From Mobula hypostoma (Eukaryota): 64,000 nt of DNA. Every line of letters begins with the position of its first letter. Position 1 is the stretch's first letter. The notes beneath the pieces are model-generated. The model was not told the origin of the DNA. It saw only the letters and a program-made list of their open reading frames with translations, and did not search any database. The stretch is taken from the NCBI RefSeq assembly GCF_963921235.1, contig NC_086109.1:84568001-84632000 (forward strand), given 5' to 3'. Of this stretch, positions 14,301 to 26,300 are shown in pieces. The translations under genes were made by a program, and so were the position numbers.

Positions 14301-17300
14301 ACAAGGTTTGGTGCAAGTCCAGTACCTTAAGAATATGTCTGTTGACTTCCTCATCCGGTAATGTTCTTTACAATGATGGTGTAATTTTACTTTGAAATCT
14401 ACAAACTCTTCTTGATGCATGAAGATGAGAATGTGGCTGTCTTTGTCTGAGAATACTTTAATATTTCCAAAGGGTATGCCAGTAGGGTTATTAAGACGCC
14501 TGCTGTTCATATGGAAATCCTGGAATGTATCTATAATGGAAATGCATACATTCAGGTTGCTTCCCCTCCCTGTCACTCTGTCTCTTCACGTGGTAAACTG
14601 CAGGGGTTCCTAACCTGAGGTCCATGGACCCCTCGGTTAATGGTAGGGGTCCAGGGCAGAATAAAGGTTGGGAACCCCTGGTATAGAGATATAATATAGA
14701 ATCTGAAGTAATCGTTAAACATTTTGAACAGGCTAGAATTCTTCAGCAAATGGAAGTTGATAGTTTTGTGTCACTGTCTTGTAGCCAAGGTGAGAATCAG
14801 TCGAGGTTATTACACTGGAGATACTGCACACTTTAACATCTATTTATTCATCCTGTAACCTCCTCCAGCTTTCCAGAAAATTCATGTTCCTTCATTTTAG
14901 TATCTTACTCAGTTCTGAATTCAATTCTTATGGCCATTGGTGGCCATGCCTTTGGCTTTTAAGCTCAAGAAATTCCCCCCTCACTCCCTCTCCACAGTCC
15001 ACTCTGTTCTCTACATGTACTCCTTAAAACCTACCTGTTTGACAGACTTTGGTCATGTGCTTATGTGACTCGTTTTCTCAAGATATTGTGATTCACCTGA
15101 TGTTATATAAGAACGAGTTGGTTTTGTTGTATCTGGTCCTGTATGTTTCTTTCAAGACTCAGAAGCCTAAACTCCTTCAGAACAAACTTACATCCATGAA
15201 TACCTTCAGATTTGGAGAATCTCTGATGTTTAGAAGCGGTAAGAAATATTGTCTACACAATTCATTCATTTATAGATGAGAAAGTGCATCAAGTGCAATC
15301 AATAAGCAAATCCAATAAGTAAAGTTCAATATTATAGATACACAAAGTCACATAGAATTGAAACAGGTCCTTTGCCCCACCGTATTCATTCTGCCTGTTA
15401 AATCTATCAACAGAAATCCCTTTTACCCACAAGCTGGACTTTGCATCTTGATAGAACTTAAATTAAATGCCGTGAAAAGCCGTCCTGCATGGGATTGAAC
15501 AGTCTTCCCAGTTGGCTATATAGCAAAATAATTGGGTCACGTACCTATTTCACAATGTTTGCCTATCCATCCAGTTGGACATTTACAAACAAAGGTGTTG
15601 TTTCTCACCACACACGTTCCTGGACCACAGGGGCTGTCTTGGCATGGATCATGGACAACTATGGAGAAACCATTAAAATTACAGAGTGACACAGGTACTT
15701 AATATTGACACAAGCAGTACTAAACATCTAAAGAACTATTCATCAATGAAGTTAAAATACACTTGCAAGCAGTCTCTTTTTGTGCATGATGCTTCTTTCC
15801 AGAATTTTACTTTTTAAGATGAGTTGATCAAAATTTTCAGTAACATTAGACCATAAGACTAGAAGACATAGGAGCAAAATTAGGCCATTCAGCCCATTGA
15901 GTCTGCTCCGCCATTCCATCATGGCTGATTTATTATTTCCCTCAACCTTATTTTCCTGCCTCCCACCATAACCTTTGATGGCTTTACTAATCAAAAACCT
16001 ATCAACTATTATTTTAAATATACCCAATGACTTGACCTGCACAGCTGTACGTGGCAAAGAATTCCATACATTCATCACCCTCCGGCTAAAGAAATTACTC
16101 CATATCTCTGTTCTAAAGTGACGTCCTTTTTTCAGAGGCTGTACCCTCCGTCCTAGACTTACCCACTATAGGAAACATCCTCTACAGATCCACTCTATCT
16201 AGGTCTTTCAATATTTGTCAGGTTCCAATAAGATTCCTCCCCCCACACCCCCATTCATCTAAACATCAGTGAATACATGCACAGAGACATCAAATGCTCT
16301 AAAAACATTTTTAAAAATCTGTGTGAAATTTTCCAAAAAGTGTTTTTTTTTAAACGTATGCCCAATTTGGAATGGTTAAGTGCTTAGTAAATGCAGTACA
16401 AAGCACTTGAATGCCACTCCCTAAATTACAAGTTCAATGCCCAGGTTTGGATCTTACAGCAGCTCCTTATTCTCAAATATGGAACTTTGGGAATCCTTAC
16501 TTAGGCTGCTGGTGATCAAACTTCTGGTAAAATAAGATGGATTTCTTTAGGGGAGGTAAAAATCAATATTAATCTAGCCTATCTTCCTTGGAGGAAATCT
16601 CCACAGAAAAAGATAGTATGAGTCATCCCTTTAGAACAGTGGAGAGGAATTTCTTCCTCTAAGGGTGGCGAAACTGTGGAATGCATTGCCACAGATGGCC
16701 ATGGGGACCGATATCATTAGGAATATTTAAAGCAGAGGTTAATTGATTCTTGATCAGTAAAGGTGTCAAAGGTTATGGGGAGAACACAGGAGAATGGGGT
16801 TGAGAGGGTAATAAAGCAGTCATGAGTGGCAGAGAAACATAGAAACATATGTAAGGGGTTTTCGTCTTTTATGTTACTGCGGAGGCTAATTAAAATGGCT
16901 TCTTTGTTATGTCAAATGCTGAGAAAGTCTCAAGCTAGACATTTGCTTGGGTTAATACAGATAGCAGTGTGCTATTAACCAATTAGGATAGTTGTTATGA
17001 TTTTGGTGTATCTGGAAGATTTGTATGCGCGGGGTTTTGGGGGAGAAGGCGGGAGAGAGGGACAGAGAATGAACCAGGTGCTGTGAGTCCATTAACGGGG
17101 TCGGACCCTGAGGAGGGCGTTCGGCGAGGAGACGAAGACGGACTCGTGTGGAGCGTCTGGTCGACCACTGTTGTTGGTCCGAGGCAGCTGGTCGAGGTGG
17201 TCTGAGGGGTCGCAGGGTGAAGAAGAAGGGTCCTGAGCTCCAACTGTTTGTGCACGAAGAGATTGAACTTTGATAAGTGTGGCGCCTTTTATCTTCCTTT

Positions 17301-20300
17301 TATATTTTATTCTCTCTTAATTATATAGTTCCAGTAATATCTATAAACTGTAAATCATTTAATCGTATCTGGTGTATTGTATGTTATTTGGGCAGGGTGT
17401 GGTACATCACACAGCATCCACACAAACTAATTACCCATCTTGGCGGGGCCGAGAGCTGTTTCCCTAGACGACAGCGAGCCGAGCGACCCTGAGGGTGGCC
17501 AGGGGGGCTACAGATAAAAAACCTACAGCACAATACAGGCCCTTCAGCCCACAAAGTTGTGCCGAACTGTATAGTCATAAATATAGTCATAAATATAGCC
17601 ATATTATGTCCCTACCTTAGAAATTACTAGGCTTACCTATAACCCTCTATTTTTCTAAGCTCCATGTACCTATCCAAAAGTCTCTTAAAAGACCAAAATG
17701 TTTAATGTTTTTAGAGCATTTGATGTCTCTGGGCATATACTCACTGATGTTTAGATGAGTGGGGAGTGGGGGGGGCGGGGTGATGGTATCTTACTGGAAC
17801 CTGCCAAATATCGAAAGACCTAGATAGAGTGGATCTGCAGAGGATGTTTCCTATAGTCTCTATTGTATCCGCTTCCACCACCGTTGCCAGCAACCCATTC
17901 CACGCACTCACCACTCTCTGAGTAAAAAACTTACCCCCTGACATCTTTTCTGTGCCTACTCCCCAACACCTTAAACCTGTGTCCTCCTGTGGCAACTATT
18001 TCAGCCCTGGGAAAAGGCCTCTGAATCCACACGATCAAGGCCTCTCATCATCTTATACACTGAAGACTCAATGGGCCAATTCTTATAGCCTTATGGTCTA
18101 ATGGAGATCTATAAATAATGTGCAAGTCTTGAGTTGGCATGGTGGCACTGTTCTCAGATAAAACTTTATAAAATTTAGGCATTTGTATGACCTGATGATC
18201 CAGAAATCAAAGATCAATGCTTTGGAAAAGTAGTACAGTATGTGAGATAACATTCTTCTGTGTGAGTGAAGCGAACAACATTGATGAAAGTACAGGATAT
18301 GACCAGAACCTTGAATCCATCTGAGGAAAATATAGCCATGAGCATGCAGTGTATGCTATAGCAGTGAATATTTTCCATATTTCCCTACCATTAAGGAGGC
18401 TATTTGGCCCATGGAATTTATTCTGGCTCTCAGTGCAATCCCATCAGTCCAATCCATTCTCTATGTCCTTGTAACCTCTTCTCAGGTCCTCTGCCTCCTA
18501 ATTCTCCTGCCCTCACCTATACTAGGGGAATTTTAACAGAGGACAATTGATCTGCCGACTATCCGACCTACCAATCATACGGCAGGTGAAACCAGAGTAT
18601 TGATTGGATAACCACCGGTTTACAGAGGGGGAACGTGCAAACTGCACCCGAGGCCAGAATTGAACTAAGGACACTGAAGCTTTCAGCAGTACTATGCCAA
18701 CCCTGGTGCTTCAGGAAATTGGTACAGGGCTTTAAGATGGGAGCAAAGATTGCTCACTAGAATAAAATAGTGGGTCTACAAGGAAAAAGCTAAACAATGT
18801 GTAGGCGGTCGTGATCTCCATTGAAGCTAGATTTAAATGCTGAAATTCCCTATCCAATAACATAAGTGGAAGTGTTTTCTTCAGAAGGATGGCAGAAAAT
18901 GATTCAGATTCTGATCTTTCTCAGGAACATTCAGGGTTGGACATACCGAACAAAAAATGTTGGAGGAGATTGAAACAGATCTTTTAATGCCAACTAGCAG
19001 CCAAGTGTAGGAGATCAACTAACCACAAACGTGTTCCTCAGGAGTATTCTGCATATCCAACCCAATCAATTATTTAATAAATAATAAAAACTGCTATACA
19101 GAGAAGCAATTGATCAAGTACCCCATTCAAATATGTATTCTCAGCATGATATAACTGTCAGCAACTCAGCTGTAAATTTGTTAATCCAGAATGTAAACAC
19201 GAGGTGAAAAGGATGATAAAGAACCGCAGATGCAGAAAACCTGAAATCAAAGCAGATGACAGTGGAAGTACTCAGCAGGTCAGGCAGTATCTTTAATGTT
19301 CAAAGTTCAAAATAAGTTTATTATCAAAGTATGTATATTCCACCATATACTACTCTGAGATTCATTTTCTTGCAGGCATTCACCATAGAACAAAGAAGTA
19401 CAATAGAATCAATGAAAAAAAATACACACAAAGACTGACAACCAATAAGCAAAAGGAAACAAAGCATTTTTTGGAGAAAGTATAAATTAATATCACAGGT
19501 TAATGACCTTCCCTTGCAAATGGGAAATTTTAGAAAACCGGTGTGTTTAAACTTGCCGAATCTGTTTTGAGTGGATAGTGGAATGGAGACAAAGTAGTTT
19601 TGTTCCTTTGTAGTCAATCCTAAGGCCATTGCGAATGCAATGTTCTGCCACTGCCAACAGCACAGGAGGAGTATCAGTTTGGGTTACCCGGAGGAATTGG
19701 TGGTCGCAGGACATTGCATTTGCAGAGGGCATAGGATTGACTTTGATGGCACAAAGCTACTGTGCCATACCAGTGGCTGTTGGGACCGCCTGTTAATGGA
19801 AGCCATTGAAATAAAACTAGAGGAAATTTTTTTTTTATCAAAGGTGAAAGTCTTGCTTGAAGAAACAACTGGAATTCGATTGTGAACAAGGTTTGGAGAA
19901 CAGACTAACCAATCTGGAGGCACGGACTACAGGAATATAAATACCACTGGGCTAGTCGTGCCCAAGCATCAACCCTGATGAAGGTGGTAGAGTTTGCAAT
20001 CAAAATGCCAGTTATTACCATATTTGTACCTGGCTGGAAGCCTGAGAAGAGTTTATTTGTCATATACACCCGGAAAGCATCAGATCCTTTTTCACTAGAT
20101 TAATTGCTTTGACATAACACCCATCCCCCCCCCCCCACATCTCATTTTCTACAATATCTGATCTTTTCCAATTCTGAAGAAAGAACATTGACCTGAGACA
20201 TTAACCCTTTCTCTCTGCACAGATGCAACCTACCTCGTTGGTTATTTCCAGAATTTTCTGACTTTATTACTGAACCAAAAAATGCCCTCTTTAAGATTGA

Positions 20301-23300
20301 AACTATTCTTGCAAGATTGGCATCAAGCTCTCAACGCTGATGTATGTAGTTCAAAGCTACATGCCAAATCCTGGGTGTCCACATCTCTGAAGATTTGTCC
20401 TTGGCCCAACATATCGATGCAATTACAAAGAAGGCACGACAGCAGCTATATTTGATTAGGAGTTTGTGGAGACTTGTTGTGTAACTGAAGACACAAAAAT
20501 TTCTGCAGGTGTATGGTGGAGAACATTCTAACTGGTTATATCAACCATCTGGTGTAGAGGTGCCACTGCACAGAAATAAAAAATCTGCAGGAAGTTGTAA
20601 ACTCAGCCAGCTCCATCATGGGTACTAGTCCCCCCGGTATCCAGGACAACTTCAAAAGGCAATGCCTCAAAAAGGAGTCAATCATCAGTAAGGACCTCCA
20701 TCACACAGTACATGCCCTTGTCTCATTTCTCCCATCAGGAAGACTGAAGACCCACACTCAGCTTTTCAGGAACAGCTTCTTCCTCCTCACCATCAGATCT
20801 TGGAATGGACAATGAGCCTATGTACACTACCTCACATTTTTTGCTCTCTTTTTGCACTATATATTTAATTCAATTTCTCCTATATATTTTGTGTTGTAAT
20901 TTATGATATTTAATTGTGTGTTCCAATGTACTGCTGCTTCAAAACAGCGGATTTGATTTCACAATCTATGCCATGGGTATCAAACCGAATTCTGAGTAAA
21001 CACCTTCATGCATTTCTTACTAGTATCCTGTGACACAGTTAGAAAAATTAAAGGTTTATAGTCAGTATTTTATGAAGCATATTACTACTCCAAAAACAAA
21101 TTACTTACTCAGACTCAGTCACTGGGTATACTTAAAGTGGAAGTTGTTAGGTTCTTGATTAGTAAGGGTGTCAAAGTTTATGGGAAGAAGGAAGGAGAGT
21201 AGGTCTGAGAGGAATAATAAATCAGACATGATAGAATAACAGTCCAGACTCGATGGGCCAAATGGCCTAACTCTGCTCCCATGTTTTATGGTCTTATGAC
21301 AGCACTAGTACTTTTGTTTTAACCATGATGCAATGTCACAAGGCAGTTTATGGGATTATGATCAGTCAGAAGCATAGCTAGGGAATGGAGTTTTTGGAGG
21401 AACTGAGGGAAATTTGCTCCAGCCTTTCCAATATTTCATTAGAAGTAATCCCTTCCAATCCATAACAGGAGGTTGGACTCTTAACCTGAGGTGGAGCAAA
21501 GAGTTGTGGAATCGCAGAGCATGTAAAGGGGCCTTTCAGTCCACTGACTCTGTGCTAACATTCAGGCATCCATTCACAATGATTCTACGTTTTACTCCCC
21601 CATATTCCCATCAATTTCCCCCATCTATAAAACCATAAGACCATAAGTGATAGGAGCACAACTAGGCCATTTAGTCCAGCCAGTCTGCTCTGCCATTTCA
21701 TCATGGCTGATCCATTTTCCCTTGCAACTTGATTCTCCTGCCTTCTCCCTGTAACCTTTCTTGCCTGGACTAATCAAGAATCTATCAACCTCTGCCTTGA
21801 ATACACCAAATGACCTGGCCTCTACAGATGCCTTTGGCAATGGATTCCAAAGATTCATTACTCTCTGGCTAAAGAAATTCCGCCTCATCTCCGCTCTAAA
21901 TGGTTGTCTCTTTATACTGAAGCTGTGCTCTCTAGTCCTAGACTTCCCCAACATAGGAAACATCCTCTCCACATTCATTCTATCTAGGCCTTTCAACATT
22001 TGATAGGTTTCAATGTGATACGACCGTCATTCTTCTAAATTCCAGTAAGTACAGGCCCATCGCTGTCAAATGCTTCTAATACGATAACTCTTCCACCCAC
22101 CTGCACACTAGGGCAACTTGCAGTGACCACATGTCTTTGGGATGTGGGAGGAAGCCATGAGGTAGAAGCTCTACCAGTGTGCAGTGGGCTAAGAGTTAGG
22201 GAAGTCTGGAGATTGTCTCGCAGTTGCTGACAAACATGCCAATATCTCTATTCACTCTCTCCCTGAAGTAGAGTTGCCAAGTAGTTGGGAAGTTCTGGCT
22301 GGAACATCTTCATTGGAATATTCACTTGGAATTACTTCTAACCATGTATTTTGGAATTAGCAGGCAAAGTTATTGCATGGTATTAAGAAAGAAGAGCTGT
22401 CTGAGCCCACCAGTTCAACCAAAGTGGAGTGGAACCAATTCAGAGCAAGCTGCTCAGTTTAGTTACCAGTTGAATTTTGTAGAAGTATCTCATAGTTTTC
22501 ATTATCAGAAACTTTAGTGAAAGTATATAAATATCTAATATAAAAAAACACCATAGATATCTGAATTTATCAAAACGAGGAGATGTAATTGGGGGAGATA
22601 TATGATGCATTTCTTATGGAGGGCCAGCACAGACTTAATGCACCAAATGAATTAGAGTTGCTAATATCTTAGGAACATAAACTCAGAAGTAAACATGCTC
22701 TGCCATTCATTGTGTCATGGCAGACCCCTGCTCCTCATAATGATCACCCAAAAGAAATGGATGTTACGTTAATGAAAATGATCTAAATTCAAGCAGTGTC
22801 GTCTCTTCGCAGCAGTGGGCCACATGCTTGTGAAAAATGTGTATGAATGCACATTACTTCTTTTAGTGCGATAATAGACTAAGGAGCTGGTGGTAGACCT
22901 GAGGAGAGCTAAGGTACCGGTGAGCCCTGTTTCCATCCAGGGGGTCAGTGTGGACATGGTGGAGGATTACAAATACCTGGGGATACGAATTGACAATAAA
23001 CTGGACTGGTCAAAGAACACTGAGGCTGTCTACAAGAAGGGTCAGAGCCGTCTCTATTTCCTGAGGAGACTGAGGTCCTTTAACATCTGCCGGACGATGC
23101 TGAGGATGTTCTACGAGTCTGTGGTGGCCAGTGCTATCATGTTTGCTGTTGTGTGCTGGGGCAGCAGGCTGAGGGTAGCAGACACCAACAGAATCAACAA
23201 ACTCATTCGTAAGGCCAGTGATGTTGTGGGGATGGAACTGGACTCTCTGACGGTGGTGTCTGAAAAGAGGATGCTGTCCAAGTTGCATGCCATCTTGGTC

Positions 23301-26300
23301 AATGTCTCCCATCCACTACATAATGTACTGGTTGGGCACAGGAGTACATTCAGCCAGAGACTCATTCCACCGAGATGCAGCACAGAGCGTCATAGGAAGT
23401 CATTCCTGTCTGTGGCCATCAAACTTTACAACTCCTCCCTTGGAGGGTCAGACACCCTGAGCCAATAGGCTGGTCCTGGATTTATTTCATAATTTACTGG
23501 CATAATTTACATACTACTATTTAACTATTTATGGTTCTATTACTATTTATTATTTATGGTGCAACTCTAATGAAAACCAATTTCCCCTGGGATCAATAAA
23601 TTATGACTATGACTATAAATATGAATAGATCCTGTTTGTTAATCAACAGTCGGATCTCCATGTGTTCAGTTTTGCTTAAGCCAATAGCAGCATATTTGGG
23701 CCTATTTTCAGTTAGGTCAGTTTTCACACAGTGAGTTCCTTCACAAGCAATGTCCATATAATCTGATATTTCAGATGCTGATATAGGAGTACATATAGGA
23801 GAAATAAACAATGAATATACCGCTTACTTTGAGAAGCAGAGGGGTGGAATCTGTTACATCTACTCAAGAGGGTAAGGAGGGCTATTGTATAAAATATCAC
23901 CTGACACCTAGTATGTATGACAGTGCAGCAGTCCCTCAATGCTGGAGTGTCAACATGGATTACATATGACACAGCGTGGGACTTGAACTCACAATCTTCT
24001 GACTCAGTACTGCCCATTGGGCACTGCTAGGACAATCGATGTTTGACCAGGTAAAGATGGTTGTCTTCTTTCCCTAATGGACATTAGTGAACCTGCTGAA
24101 CAATTCCAACAAGAAGACAAATTTACATTTACAGACACTGTCTTCTTTACCTCTTTGCTTTCAAATCTGCATTCAAGTTCTCTAACTGAACTCAAGGTCT
24201 GAAAGAGAACAGAATTTGAACTCACATGTGGACTGCCCAATTATTAACCAGTTGGTCTATCTTGATTGGCGGAGGTTAGAAGTTACTTAATCATGGAAAC
24301 TTGAGATGAATCAGGACATTGAATAATCCTTACATGTATGGGGATAAATCTCATCTCTTCCTGACAGTGCAATCATAGGGGAAGGATTTTTGATAAAAGA
24401 TTTGCTCTTTTAGTAACATCCTGTACAAAGTGTACAAAGATTATGCTAATTCCCTGGTAATTTATTGATGAATATTTTGGGAGAGAACATAGATAGGTTA
24501 GGACACTTTTAGGGTCTAGTCCTCATGTAACACACTAAGGTGGGATGGATGGACTGCTATCTTACAGTCCGTGGGTGATCAGGAGGTCTTGAACACTCCC
24601 ATGGACCAACAATGGAAGCATTTTTACCTTGTTCTTAGTAGCTTTGTCAGCTTCTAGTTGTTAACAACATCTATTTTACAGATCATGTACCATTGCACCT
24701 CATCGAGAGCAGCCACTTCCCTTCAGGAATTCAGTTCTCGAACCAACCTATGCAACCCTAATCGTTACTACAGCATAGCAGTACTATGACCACCTTGACA
24801 ACTTTGTACTGCAATGGTCTTTGTTATCTTTTACGCTACTTGTGTTTTTTCTTGTCTAATTTTGCATAGTTTACTTTATGTCTTTTTGTGAGCATTGAAC
24901 CTCCAATGCAATTTGGCTGTGATACTGCTGCAAGTAAGTCTTTAATTGCATCTGTGCATACATCTACTTGTGCGTTCTGTATGACAATAAACTTGACTTT
25001 GACTTCCTCTATTCCCCACTCTGACCTTTCACTCCTTCCAACCTGCCTATTACTCCCCCCAGGGTCTTCTCCTCCTTCCCTTTCTCCTATGATCCACTGT
25101 CATATCAGATTCTTTCTTCACCAGCCCTTGACTTTTCCCACACGCCTTTCTCCTCCCACCCCCCACCCAGAATTTTATTCTGGCATTTTTCCCCTTTCTT
25201 CTCAGTCCTGAAGAAGGATCTCATTCTGAAACGTTGACTGTTTACTCTTTTCCATTGATGCTGCCCGCCCTGCTGAGTTTCTCCAGCATTTTGTGTGTGT
25301 TGCTTTGGATTTCCAGCATCTATAGACTTTTTTGTGTGTGTGATTGGCTTTGACTTTTGACTTTGAACAAAGACCCACCTTAAATATATATAATGGCAGT
25401 TAAACGAAACACATATTCACATGTAACAACCAGATCTGCCCCAGTTGAATACACAATTGTGTCAAACCTCAGAGGAACTGTGTTTTAGAGTGTTTTGAAT
25501 AATAACCAGAACCAGAAGCATTATCAGTGCACCTGGGCTGGTTACTTATGCATTTTGTGCATTTTATGATGTGTTAAATGAGTTTCTAATAATCTAGGTT
25601 AAATACTGGTGAGAGCTTTGGTGACAACATTCTGGTGTTGCTGCATTTGGAATCATTGAGTTCAAGGAACTGAATGTCAGGATAGAAATAAAACCAATGC
25701 ACTCATACCTGGCAACAATTTTGTCCTCGTAATCGGGACATACAGCACCAGGGAAAAGTAAGGTTAACTATTGACTATGGACGCTTTGTCGATCTTCCAG
25801 TCATTCTTAAAACAGCCCTGATGAAGAGAATATGAATCAAAATATTTAATACCTTCAGCTGGCAGAGGTTCAGTCACTACTTCGGGTGACACTTGAGGTG
25901 GAACTGTCGTGATGAGAGCTGGTGTGGCTGGAGTAACTTTCAGCATATCCATAGTCCTGGTAGGTTCTTGAACTGTTGTACTGTCTACTGGTATTGAAAG
26001 AACCTCATCCTTTTTATGCTGAGATTCTTCTCGTAATGAAACATCTGTAATACCAGGTGTTATAGGCAATGGCACCACAGGGGATTTGCTGGTAACTTCA
26101 GGAGATCCTAAAGGTTCTTCAATGTCTTCTGGTTCTTTACTTATGTCAATAATTCTGGATGCAATAATACTTCGGGAAACTTCAGAAGGCTCAACACTGA
26201 CCTCATGTGGTTTTCCATTGACTTCTGAACCCCTGCTTATAATTGGAATTGCAGATGGCTCCCCACTTATTTCAGGAATCCCAGACGGCTCCCCACTTAT

